From positions 4,526,001 to 4,590,000 of the forward strand of contig NC_043020.1 of assembly GCF_006345805.1 (NCBI RefSeq): DNA of 64,000 nucleotides. The letters are read 5' to 3'. This document shows, in pieces, positions 12,777 to 26,089 of the stretch (positions are counted from its first letter, which is position 1; the number at the start of each line of letters is the position of its first letter). The notes below the pieces were generated by a model. That model was not told the origin of the DNA. It did not search any database and worked only from the letters and a program-made list of their open reading frames with translations. The DNA comes from Octopus sinensis. Taxonomy: Eukaryota. The translations under genes and the position numbers were made by a program.

Positions 12777-14102
12777 TAAGATGTAATGATTCTTGGTGTA
12801 CATTGTGCATGTGGTTTTTACTTGTTATCATGTCACTGTCAGCTAATCATGTAGGTTTAATACAGTTGATGAGATGTAGGTGCTTTCACATTTACATCAA
12901 TTCCTGGCCATTCATTTGCTGTCTACGAGCTGAATTTCTGTTTCAGTGGTCACTAGTTTGCAAGCTGCCAACTATCATCAGAAAAAGGTATTCTGCTCTA
13001 ATCAAAATGATTTGCCCTGTTTTCTTCAGAAAAAGTTTTGGCTTAGCTCAAAGTTTTGTGGGATCCCTCATTACAAATGAAAAGCATTGCTATAATGATG
13101 AGCTACATGATGACTCCACTCCAGTCCAGATCACTGGTGTCTACAGATGATTCTGAAATATTATATGGATTATTTTCTTCAAGTTGAAGTTCTCTTTAAT
13201 TAAGATATAAGTAAATAAATCTTTATAAATAATGGTTTCAAATTTTGGTATAAGGCTAGCAATTTTAGGGGAGGTGTTAAGTTGATTACATCAAACCCAG
13301 TGCTCAACTGTACTTATTTCATCAAGCCAAAAGGATGAAAGGCAAAGTCAACCCTGGTGGAATTTGATCTCAGAATGTGCAGACAAACAAAATGTTGCTA
13401 AGCGTTTTGCTCTGCTTGCCACTTTTCATTGTGAATAACATCACTGAATTCTAACTCACTGCTTCAGGTATTACCTGCCATGATGCTTGTAAATTGAAAG
13501 AAAGAAAAACGATTTCACTTAATCGCAAAAAATACATTGTAAAGAGGCTAAACTTTGTTTATGCAGAGTGCATAGTTCCTGTGTATTGGGCTCCAAACAA
13601 CACGTTTTGAACTGCATTTACATACAGTTCATGACTAATCAATAATTGCAGTTATTTTCATTACTTTCATCATCATCATTTAGTGTCTGTTGTCCATGCT
13701 GGCATGGGTTGGACATGTTAAAACCCCAACAATAATTCAACTGTAGCCATTCAACTCAAATTTGTTACTGAAAAGTAGCCTGATGGTTCATATTAGCTGT
13801 GTATGTTATTTATTGTCAGTCATACTAACTTGAAAGTTCTGTTAAAAACCTGACTAATGGTTGTTCACTAGAATTACTCTATGTACCATAGTCATACAGT
13901 TTTTAGTAATGCTTTTCATTTAGACTTTAATTGTTTGAAGCCTAAACCAATACTTTTTGAAAATATTTACTGCCGTGGACATAATCAATTAGCTACTTTT
14001 TTACCTTTTCTGATTACAGTCAACTAATTATACTTGATTATCATATTAAATTTTTTTTTTAACATGATATTTATACTTTAATTTTTTAATTTTTTTCTGC
14101 AG

Positions 14103-14192
14103 TTGACTCCACTAATCAAATCTGGTTTACAGCCTGAAGCCACACAATATCTCCAGATGTACCTGCAATCTGCTGGCGTTAATCTTATGTAA
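14103..14192 (+). CDS. CSE1L: CSE1L terminal coding exon
   Basis: Polypyrimidine tract plus ctgcag| acceptor, phase 0. LTPLIKSGLQPEATQYLQMYLQSAGVNLM* vs CSE1L C-terminus ...EALQYLQGYLQAASVTLL*. Confidence 0.93.
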   Translation: MTPLIKSGLQPEATQYLQMYLQSAGVNLM

Positions 14193-14585
14193 TATGTGTG
14201 TCTGCCTGTGCACATGTATGTATGCCCTGTGTGTAATGTTATATTAAGACATTCTATCTCTTTTTCAGTACATACACTAACATACATACATTCACTCACA
14301 CTATTCACCAACGTCTGACTTTCATGCTGATATCTTAAGGCTATTACTGCAGCATGAAAAACCACAGCTTGATGGCCCAATGGTCACATCATGATCACAC
14401 TGCTCACATTGTGATTACATGTTGACTATACAGTTATATTGTGGCCACGCTGTAACATGGCGACCACACACAGTGACATTGTGTTCATTGTGTGGCCATC
14501 TAATGGTCTTACTGTGATTAACTGCATAGTGACCAAGCAGTAAAGTCTATTATTTATGTTGCTTGTTACATAAATTGTCCGAAAT

Positions 14586-14611
14586 AATAAAATTCAATAA
14601 AGAATAATAAA
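14586..14611 (+). terminator. Cluster of three AATAAA polyadenylation signals for CSE1L
   Basis: aataaa at 14586, 14596 and 14606, about 400 nt after the stop, followed by a T/GT-rich stretch. Confidence 0.7.
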
Positions 14612-15404
14612 TTTGATATTTTAAACAGTTAAGCTTTTTGTTGATTTTTATTATTTTTTCCTTAGCTCTGTCTCTATTTCTTATTTCTACTATTTTGCTG
14701 ATTGAACAGGTTTTGGGTATTTTTGGTGTTTAGTCCCAGGTTAACCATGGTTCAGTAGACCTATTACATTAAAAATATTCCATCTGTGATCATTCTCATA
14801 ATTTTTTTTGTTTCTATTTTTAAAATTTTATATGCATATTGTCTTTAGGACAATATATGAGCCATGGTATGTCTAGGACTACATTAACCAATGTGTCAGT
14901 CATAGCATATCAAGGATTACATTATCAAGATTATCAGAGTTGTCCTGAAAGTAATGCAAATGCGGAAGTGATTTTCATTTTTGTCTCCTTCAACTCAGGT
15001 GTCAGCTGCTGAGGTACTTCTTTTACACAGGTTTTCTAATAACTTAAGTTTTCTAAGATCTTCAGTAATGCATTGCAACTACAGTCTGATCATGCAGCAA
15101 CTCACCAATTGTGACACATTTGTCTGCAGAAATCCTTTTGTCTACTCATGATTCATGTCAGTGGTCAAAGCTGATGATCACTCACAGCAATGAAGAGGAA
15201 GAATTAATCTACCAAAGTATGCAATCTAAGACTGTATTATCTAATGTGTCCTGCTGTTGTAATTCAGGTCTAGATTACAGTGTGTCAGTCACAGTATCTC
15301 TCACATTATTTTATCCAATGTATCAGCCATAATATATCTAGGATTGCACTTTCCTACCATTTTTTTCTTCAGATGATAGAGTACAATTTGGTGGGAATAT
15401 ATAG

Positions 15405-18400
15405 AGGTTGTCAGGGTGTGTGATAGGGTACTTAAGCTCTGGCTAGTCCTACAGAACAGCACAGCTACAATTATCTCTGCCTACACCCCACATGCGGGGC
15501 TACCAAATGGTCAGAAGGACCACTTTTATGATACCCTTCTGCAGGCTACCTCAAAGATGAGTGGAAATGACTTCGCCTTTGTGGCTGGAAACTTTAATGG
15601 GCATGTTGGGCGGGAATCTGGTATCTTCACTGGGCTACACGATGGCCATGGTATTGGCACCTGAAACGATGAGGGGACTAGGCTACTGGAAATCTGTGAT
15701 GCATGTAACCTTTTAATCTGCAACACTAACTTCAGGAAGCCAAACAGCCATCTGATAACCTGTCAGTCAGGGGACTCTGCTAGCCAGATTGATTTCATCC
15801 TCACCAGACAGCTGGACGCAGGGTTGCTCTTAAATACAAAGACCCTCCCAGGTGAAGAATGTACCCCCCAGCATAGGTTAGTCATTAGTGACTTTAGGCT
15901 CGAGGCCAGAAGGATACCTAGAAGCAGACCAATCCAGAAAAGAAGGATTTGGAAGCTAAAGAACTCTTCACACGGTCAGAGATTTAGGACTACAGACGTC
16001 GGACATAGAAGGTAGTTGGAAATTCCTACGGGACAGCTTGCTGAATGCCACAGACCAAGTCTGTGGATGGGGTAAAGTCCCTTCCAGACCCAGAGTTACA
16101 TGGTGGTGGAATAGAACAGTAGACAAAGCCGTTAGGGCAAAGAAACAGGCCTGGAAAGCCTTGAAGGATGGTGGTAGCAGGGAACGGTACCAGGTAGCCA
16201 GAAGGGAGGCTGGGTGGCAGGTATACATAACCAAGAGTGAAGCAGAAAAGAAGAGGTTTGCCAATGTCCAGAGACGTGAGGACCAAAGAACTGAGGTATT
16301 TCGGATTGCAAGACAGTTTGTGAGAGAAAATTGTGATGTCACAGGAGAGAAATGGATGATGGTGCACTTGCTTTTAGTGATTCTGAAAAGAAAGAGTCTT
16401 GGAGACGCCATTATGAAAGACTGCTGAATGTGAGGAGAGCCTTCCAAATGTTGACCCAGTAGAGGGACCAGCTATCCAAATAGACAGCTCCCTAGTAGTT
16501 AAAGCAATTAAGGATATGAAGCCAGGAAAAGCCCGTGACCCATCAGGAATCACTGCTGAGATGCTTAAAGCATCTGGTGGTGTGAGCTATGGCTTCGTCA
16601 CCTGCATTGTAAACCAGGTAGTACATACTGAATGACTGGTGTAGCAGCACCATAGTTAACTGCTACAAGGGTAAAGGTGATGCTCTAGATAGGAATAACG
16701 ACAGGAGTATTAAACTGCTGGATCAGGTGATGAAGGTCACAGAGAGGGTCATAGTCCATCTCATTAGGGAGAGAGTCTGCTTAGATGAGATGCAGCTTGG
16801 TTTTGTTCTGGGTAGAAGCACCACTGATGCCATATTCCTTGTTCGACAACTGCAGGAGAAATACCTAGCTAAAGATAAACCCCTCTACTTAGCTTTTGTG
16901 GACTTGGAGAAAGCCTTTGACAGGGTCCCCGATCCCTTATCTGGTGGGCAGTGTGGAAACTGGAGATTGACGAATGGTTGATAAGGGCTGTACAGGCCCT
17001 ATACAGAGATGCCGTTAGTTGGCAACGAATATAGTGAAGAATTCCTGGTAGAAGTAGGGGTCCACCAAGGTTCAGCCCTTAGTCCCCTTCTATTCATCAT
17101 AGTCCTCTAGGCAATAACAGAGGAATTCAAGACGGGTTGCCCCTGGAAGCTCCTCTATGCTGATGACCTGGCCCTCATAGCAGAATCACTACCGGAACTA
17201 GAAAAGAAATTTCAGGTGTGGAAGCTAGGTTTAGAATCAAAGGGCCTTAGAGTAAATGTAGCAATGACCAAAGTTATAGTCAGCAGAAAGGCGAACTCAT
17301 CACACACCCCGTCGGGCAGGTGGCCCTGCTCGATCTGTAGAAAAGGTGTAGGTAGAAACTCCATAAGATGTACCCAGTGTAAGCTATGGACGCATAAGAG
17401 GTGCAGCAACATCAAAGGAAAATTAACTGATAAGATAGCTTTCATGTGCGGCAGATGCACGGGCAATAGACACCACAGATACTCAGAAAACATTCCATCA
17501 CACTCCAGGGAGAGAAACTAGAATTAGTTGATAGTTTCCGCTACCTAGGAGACCAAGTTAGTAGTGGAGGTGGATGCTCAGAGAGTGTCACCACTAGAAT
17601 ACGAATAGCCTGGGCAAAGTTTAGAAAGCTCCTACCCCTACTGGCGACAAAGGGCCTCTCGCTCAGAGTGAAAGGTAGATTGTACGATGCATGTGTGCGA
17701 ACTGCCATGCTTCACGGCAGTGAAACATGGACTGTGACTGCAGAAGACATGCGTAGACTTGAAAGAAATTAAACTAGCATGATCCACTGGATGTGTAATA
17801 TCAGTATGCACACACAACAGAGTGTAAGCGCCCTGAGAGAAATGCTGGACATAAGAAGCATCAGATATGGCGTGCAAGAGAGACGTTTGCGCTGGTATGG
17901 TCATGTACTGCGGATGGATGAGGAGAGATGTGTGAAGAAGTGCCACTCCCAAACAGTTGAAGGTATCAGGGGAAGAGGTAGACCCAGGAAGACATGGGAT
18001 GAGGTGGTCAAGCATGACCGAACGTTGGGCCTCACAGAGGCAATGACGAAAGACCGATATCTCTGGAGATATGCTGTGACTGCAAAGACCCGTCTGCTTC
18101 CGTTACCAGTTTCGCATAGCCCCAACCCATCAAAAGTACCTTGGATTGCAGAACGACCTGCTGTGCTTACCTTGGATCGTAGGGTGACCTGCTGTGCTTG
18201 AGGAGACCTATTGAGTCAAGTACATCAATATCAAAATAAATATTAAATGGAAATTGTAGTTACGATACCTGTGCCGGCAGCGCGTAAAAAGCACCATCCG
18301 AACGTGGCCGATGCCAGCGCCGCGTTGACTGGCTTCTGTACCAGTTAGGGTTAGGGTTAGGCACGTAAAAAGCACCAACCGATCGTGGCCTCTGCCAGCC

Positions 18401-18590
18401 GCCCCTGGCACCTGTGCCGGTGGCACATAAAAAGCACCCACTACACTCACGGAGTGGTTGGCGTTAGGAAGGGCAGCTAGCTGTAGAAACACTGCCAGAT
18501 CAGACTGGAGCCTGGTGCAGCCTCCTGGCTTCCCAGACCCCGGTCGAACCATCCAACCCGTGCTAGCACGGAAAACGGTGATGATGACTG
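15405..18590 (+). mobile_element. Near-full-length RTE-clade LINE (APE endonuclease + RT + PHD insert), inactivated by stops/frameshifts
   Basis: IISAYTPHAG, VAGNFNGHVG, QIDFIL, QHRLV (EN); FVDLEKAFDRVP, GVHQGSALSP, LLYADDL, FRYLGD, RLRWYGHVLRM, GRGRPRKTW; 3' UTR with tandem gcacgtaaaaagcacc units and a gatgatga tail. Confidence 0.95.
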
Positions 18591-19295
18591 TCAGGGGAGA
18601 AGGTGGTGCCCTTGACACTTAACAGGGAATCTAGCGAGAGAGAGAGAAGGAAGAAGAGTGTTTAGTAACCAGGTCTGAGTAATTGTAACAGGGTGGTCTT
18701 TTCTGGTAAAAGGAGTAAGTGTACAACTAGACTATTGACAGGGTGTGAACCTAGATTACAAATCCTGCAAGGTAGATCCTCCAATTACTGGAAGATGAGA
18801 CGAAGTTGACCATGACAGAATCTGAAATGTCTGTGTGAAGTCCATTGCTTGACCTGCAACCCTGGTCACTAGTTGTGTTCTGTCTATGTGTTTTACACGC
18901 ACACACATTTCTTTATTGCCCAAAAGGATTAAGTTGATTACATCGACGCCAGTGCGAAACTGGTACTTATTTCATCGACCCCGAAAGGATGAAAGGCAAA
19001 GTCGACCTCGGCGGAATTGGAACTGAGAACTTAGCGGTAGACGAAGTACCGCTAAGCATTTTGCCCGGCATGCTAACGCTTCTGCCAGCACCATCATCAT
19101 TCAACATCCGTTTTCCATGCTGGCATAGGTTGGACGGTTTGACCTGAACTGGTGAGAGTAGTGCCACACCAGGTTCCATTGTCTCTTCTGGTATGGTTTC
19201 TACAGCTGGATGCCCTTTGTGACATCAACCACTCCACAGAGTTTACTGGTTGCTGTTTATGTGGCACTAGCGCTGGTGTTTGTTTTGCAGGGGTG

Positions 19296-19339
<44 letters not shown>

Positions 19340-19340
<1 letters not shown>

Positions 19341-19563
19341 CTTTTACTACCCACAAGGGGCTAAACACAGACGGGACAAATAAGGACAGACAAACGGATT
19401 AAGTCGATTACATCGACCCCAGTGAACTGGTACTTAATTTATCGACCCCGAAAGGATGAAAGGCAAAGTCGACCTCGGCGGAATTTGAACTCAGAACGTA
19501 GCGGCAGACAAAATACCGCTAAGCATTTCGCCCGGCATGCTAACGTTTCTGCCAGCTCGCCGC
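19340..19563 (-). mobile_element. tRNA-derived SINE family A, well-preserved copy (second copy 18910-19090)
   Basis: Reverse complement of the 32798-33027 copy with few differences. Confidence 0.85.
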
Positions 19564-19744
19564 TGCATTGTGTGATTAAAATTTGCATGATTTATGACCA
19601 ATATTTAGAATTCCATGTGTATCAAAAGAGGAAACTCTGAAAAGAACTCATGTATGATAGTTCAAGTTTCCTTTCGCTTGTCTCCATAGACAGAAACACA
19701 AAAGAACGCATATAACAAAATCGAAACTGGAGAGTTGGTCTATC

Positions 19745-20460
19745 GTGGTCTTCCAGGCAATAACAGAAGAATTCGAGACAGGATGCCCCTAGTAGCTCCT
19801 TTATGCTGATGACCTTGCTCTAATAAGCAAGAGATAAAGTTTCATGTGTTGAAGCAAGGTCTAGAATCGAAGGGCCTTAGAGTCAGTCTAACAAAAACCA
19901 AACTCCTAGTAAGTAGGAAGGAAGACAAATCACAAAGCCCTTCAGGTAGATGGCCCTGCTCGATCTGTAGAAAAGGCGTAGATAGAAGCTCCATAAAATG
20001 TACCCAGTGTAAACTATAGACATAGGAGGTGCAGCAATATCAAAGGAAGGTTAACTGGGAAGATAGTTCTTGTGTGTGGCAGATGCACAAGGGTAATAAA
20101 CATTGAAGATGTACAGAAAACAGATTCCATCACATGTCAGGGGGAGAAGCTAGAAGTAGTTGATAGCTTCCGCTACCTAGTTGAATAAGTCTGTAGTGGG
20201 GGTAGATGCTCTGAGAGCGTAGCCGCTAGAATAAAAATAGCCTGGGTAAAGTTCAGGAAGCTCCAACTTCTGCTGGTAACAAAGGGCCTCCCGCTCAGAG
20301 TGAAAGGTAGACTGTATGATGCATGTGTGTGAACAGCCATGCTACACGGCAGTGAGAGAAACGAAGCTAGTATGATCCGCTGGATGTGTAATGTCAGTGT
20401 GCATAACCGATAGAAGTGTAAACGCCCTAAGAGAAAAGTTGGACATAAGGAGCATCCGGA
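19745..20460 (+). mobile_element. RTE LINE internal fragment (same family as 15405-18590)
   Basis: ctcctttatgctgatgacc (LLYADD), WPCSICRKGV PHD and FRYL segments collinear with 17100-17870. Confidence 0.9.
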
Positions 20461-20789
20461 GCACAAGCAAATAAAGCATTTACAAAAGTTGACCAGTGTT
20501 CATTTTAGAAGCCTAACATTAACCATCATAAGTATGGTATCGTAATCAGACAAAAAGCTAACAGCTTTGTTAGTGTATGGACATAACCAAACTTGTGATA
20601 AAAAAAAAAAGAAAAAGAACCGAAAGACTATACATTTCATGGCATTATCTTTATTGAAAAAACTTAATTAAGGTACTAAGGTCCATTTCAGTTTTGAGAC
20701 ATCTACTTCCGAGTTACTCTAAGCAAAAGTTTTCTTGGAGGCCCTGTATATTTGCTTGTGTTTGAACTCACGCGAATATATATATATAT

Positions 20790-21462
20790 TGATACGAGGT
20801 CAGTCGGAGAAAAAGTGCTGTGACCCAGTTTCGTGGTTTGGTGCCGGACAGACGGGGGAAACAAGTTATTTGGCTTTTGTCCTGTCATTTGTAGGGAAAA
20901 TTAATGAGTTAGGAAGTGACATTTTGGCCCCTACGGTCAGGGTAAGTTTAAGGAAAAAATAAAAATGCTACCCTTTATAAATGCGGCGAGCTGGGGTTTG
21001 TTGGTCAGTTTTGCCTGAGACAGTCAGTTGGCAACAGGTCAGTTTGGCGTGAGAGTTGGCCTGAGACAGTTCAGTTGGCTAGAGGTGCAGTCGGGAGAGG
21101 CAACGACAAGGATGACAAGCGTGGCGAGAAGGACAGACACAGAGGATTGAGGACTTGTCAATAGAGAGGAAGTGAGGGAGATTACGGCGAGAAGGCATGG
21201 CTATTTGTAGTGGGAGTTTTTGTGATGATTCAGGGAGTGTTGCAGACGAGAAAACGTACGGTAATGTTTTGTTTATGTTTTCGTTGTTGAATTTTGGATG
21301 GTGATGTTTTTAAAAGAAAAGTGTTTCTACAGCGGTCGCAAATGAACTAATACTTGTAAATGGTTTTTGTTAGAGGAAGTCATGTGTGTGTGCTTGCCAG
21401 AGTGAGGATGTTTATTGAGTTGTGTTTATTTCTGAAAACTTAGTCCTTCTGTATTATATACA
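20790..21462 (+). mobile_element. Possible solo LTR
   Basis: TG...CA ends, TATAAATG near 20976, internal short repeats (cagttggc/gcctgagacagt), GC-richer than flanks; no clean TSD. Confidence 0.35.
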
Positions 21463-21630
21463 TATGGCTCAAGGGCCGAGAGTTTCGAAACTCTCGGCCC
21501 TTGAGTCACGCTGTTGCTTCTGCTAAATATAATTAAAAATTATATACTTATGTTTTGAGTTCTAGTTTTCCTGCAAAGCTATAAGTTTGTATATACACGT
21601 GTGTGTGTGTGTGTGTGTGCGCATGCATGT

Positions 21631-21737
<107 letters not shown>

Positions 21738-21749
21738 CGTGTGTATATA

Positions 21750-21833
21750 AGTGAAGAACGAATATATTGTGCGTGTGTTTATTTGGCAAGAAAATATGAC
21801 CGTCCCAAAATATAAAATATATGTATATATAAT

Positions 21834-21871
<38 letters not shown>

Positions 21872-22180
21872 TTTATATTTTGGGACGGTCATTTTTTCTT
21901 GCAAAATAAACACAACCACAATATATTCGTTCTTCACTCATTCATTATTGTTCTTATTTTATCTTTATGGCTATTGTCTGAAAATCTTTCGTCGCACATC
22001 TGTGACCTCTTCAGCGACTGTTCCATTCATCATAGAAAGGCATAATGGACTAAACATAACAGGAGCATGCACGTAGATTGACGAGTCGCTGAGGAGGTTA
22101 CAGATGTGTGACGAAAGATTTCCAGACATGGATATAAGATAAGATAGGAACAATAATAAACGAGTGAAGAACGACTATAG
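21750..22180. repeat. Nested inverted repeats, probable Penelope-derived non-autonomous termini
   Basis: 21752-21822 inverted at 21870-21940; 21930-22020 inverted at 22083-22175; degenerate hammerhead-like ctgagga..gaaa motif. Confidence 0.6.
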
Positions 22181-22270
22181 AGTGCGAATTTGAAAAAGAA
22201 ATTCATAAACCTATGTGCGTGTATGTATATAATGTATATGTCTGTTATATATATATATGTATATGTGTGT

Positions 22271-22356
<86 letters not shown>

Positions 22357-22615
22357 TGTTGGGCCGTTAGCTCCTAAACGCATTTTTTTCTCTCCTTGTT
22401 TCTTTTCTGTGTATCTTTCTGTCGAAGAGCGTAGGCTCGAAACGTAAAAGACTTGTTTTATTTCTATTCCTGAGCGCCATACTAATACAATTGTTTGTTT
22501 GTACTCCACCTGCCTTCATCTTTTGTTTATTTTCGTAAACCTGCCTTCGTCTTTTTTTTTTTTTCGTAAACCTTCCCGTTATATATATATATATATGTAT
22601 ATATATATGTATATG

Positions 22616-22716
<101 letters not shown>

Positions 22717-22792
22717 GAGTGTATTTTACCTTGTTAACAATTAACACGGAAAATAAATAGATAAATAAACCTGCGTTAACTCCATTTTTTAT

Positions 22793-23468
<676 letters not shown>

Positions 23469-23564
23469 CAGAAAATGGAGAACAACAATTGACTTACATC
23501 AATTATTATTTATAAATTCAATATAAACAGAGTGCATCCCGTATATGATGGAAGTCAATTGTTG

Positions 23565-23768
23565 TTCATCAACACAGCTCCCATGACTTTCGGAAACATT
23601 TTTTCACGCTCAGAGTTGCTGAAGCATGGAATAAACTGCCTGCGTCAGTTGTTGACTGCCATGACACTGCATCCTTTAAGGCCCTCATGCTTTCCGAAAT
23701 CCGCCGAAATTACACCTGATTATATATACACTTTAGATGAGTTGTAGTGCACCTGAGCACTGTACACA

Positions 23769-23858
<90 letters not shown>
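23565..23858 (+). mobile_element. CR1/L2-group LINE 3' end with long (ATT)n tail
   Basis: QHSSHDFRKHFFTLRVAEAWNKLPASVVDCHDTASFKALM*-like terminal motif, short 3' UTR, (att)n 23770-23858. Confidence 0.8.
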
Positions 23859-24200
23859 TAATATTTCTCCAGCTTTTATTTAAATTTTGATTCTTGATAA
23901 ACTCATATTTATCTTTGTCTTTACCTATAATTTATGAGTATAATATGCTTGCATATATATACCCATGGTTGAGCATAGGTAATATACAGGTAGTATAATG
24001 GAAACTTCTATCATTTGGACGGTTATTTTAACCTCTAACTCAGCTAACCTTATATATGTACATACATACATACATACATACATACATACATACATACATA
24101 CATACATACATGCATGCATGCATGCATACATACATACATATATATTCATAAAAGAAAATAAGGATAAAAATCACGTTAATAATATGTGTGCCCTAGGTCC

Positions 24201-24235
<35 letters not shown>

Positions 24236-24409
24236 GTATATGTGTGTGTATATGTATATAAGTATGTCTATATATATATATATATACATACATAATATAT
24301 ATATTATGTATATGTGTGTGTATATGTATATAAGTATATATATATAGACATACTTATATACATACACGCATACACATATATAAACATATATACATATAAT
24401 TATAAAATT

Positions 24410-24540
24410 CTTTGGTCTCTACTAGCAAACGCCCTCCCCTATAATGCTATAAGTAATAAATGTAGTTTCTGTATCAGATAATCATACATTATTCTTCAAT
24501 CCTACAATTCGGGTACATTAAATAAATTCTCTGATGCTCA
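24410..24540 (+). mobile_element. Penelope-like (Naiad-type) GIY-YIG C-terminal remnant
   Basis: WSLLANALPYNAISNKCSFCIR*SYIILQSYNSGTLNKFS matches the W.IL..A..Y....C.LC..EK..I....LN motif also seen at 37579-37938. Confidence 0.6.
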
Positions 24541-25801
24541 TAAATTCCACTCATCTTTAATGAAACTCTATATATCGAGATATAAGGAATGAAGTATTTG
24601 GCAGTCCTGCTTTTTCCTCCATTAGTAATTAATTTTTCCCGGAATTTATTGGAAAATCGACTTTGTTTAAAATTCTCCCATCATTCTTCACTAGAAATTT
24701 CTTTTCGTATATAAGTGTGAATTATCGTAAAAGTGATCACTATCTGATAGAGTAGCTGACGACTAGCGTGATGTAACCTAAAATTTCCGTTTCTCTTCTC
24801 TTATATGTCTTCAAACTTAATTAATTATCTATTTACTTATTCCTGAAAAGGGGGATATTGTCAGTGTGAAAATATAGGATTCATACCTGTTGACTAATGG
24901 ACTCCAGAAACGGCCGTCGAATTGCTTCATATTGACGTTAACACACTCTATGAACATTTCTTTAGAACTCCTCTAAACTTTTAAATCCATAATTAGGATT
25001 TCTTACTACTGCCGATGTATTTTACAACTTTTAATCTTTAATTCAACGTTTCTTAACCTTAAATTCAATGCGATTTGTATATTTTAATATCTAGATTTTT
25101 GCACAGTTACCTTTACATATAATTCACAAAAATGAAAAAATTTCAATTAGAAAATTATTTTAGACGTATTCATAACATAATAACAGATTCCTTTCCGTAC
25201 ATTTTATTTTTATTATCCTCCTTAGCATTTAAGGCCCCTTAGAAATCTTTTCTTAAAATTCCTTGAATTTTTCTTAAAATTTGTTTTGTATCTTATTGAT
25301 TAGAACCAATTGAACGGTATTGCTTTTAAATATTAGCTGACCATTTGCGTTGTAGGATGGACATTGGTCTTACCCCACTTTTGATAGGGGTATTATGGTG
25401 ACAGTCTTTTGTTAGTAAATAATAACATCACACTTAATTTATACCTAAATTATTTCTTTATTGATATAATTACGTAATGATTCCCCAACTCTGTTTACCT
25501 TAACTAAATTATATTTCTATACTATTACGTAGTTTTTAGTTTTTAACACATGATCCCTGTTATAAGGATTATCTCATTTACCCCACCTTTTGTCTTTATT
25601 ATATCCTCCATCAAATTGTAATAAGATGTGATTTCACCTTTTAAGTTTTTACATTTTATCCTTACCATCTCACGAAGCTTTGCAGTTCAATATAACTTTA
25701 GCATACAGCTGTAAGAGTGGAGTTTTGTTTATTTATTACTACGATTATAATAAATAAATAAAAATATATATATATATATAGATATATATGTATATAAATA
25801 C

Positions 25802-25851
<50 letters not shown>

Positions 25852-25949
25852 TTAGAGACAAACCCACTATTTTGCAAATCAAACAAGGAAAGACTTAATC
25901 AATACATAAAAAAATTTTAATATAATATTAATATAAAGTAAATAAATCG

Positions 25950-25993
25950 CCACTACAATTGTTTCATGTCTTCAAATGACATTCATCAGGTGG
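25950..25993 (-). ncRNA. Mirror copy of the hammerhead ribozyme
   Basis: Exact reverse complement of 26046-26089. Confidence 0.85.
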
Positions 25994-26045
25994 ATTCATA
26001 TCTTCTATTCAATTTTAAGTTAAAATTTAATAGAAGATATGAAAT

Positions 26046-26089
26046 CCACCTGATGAATGTCATTTGAAGACATGAAACAATTGTAGTGG
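26046..26089 (+). ncRNA. Minimal type I hammerhead ribozyme (Penelope type)
   Basis: Stem I ccac/gtgg, core CTGATGA (26050-56), stem II atgtc-atttgaa-gacat, GAAA, palindromic stem III caattg, GUA cleavage triplet ending at 26085. Confidence 0.85.

Noticed and set aside
24560-25720. AT-rich stretch possibly encoding further Penelope sequence
   Set aside because: I could not recover convincing motifs in any frame by eye; needs a translated search
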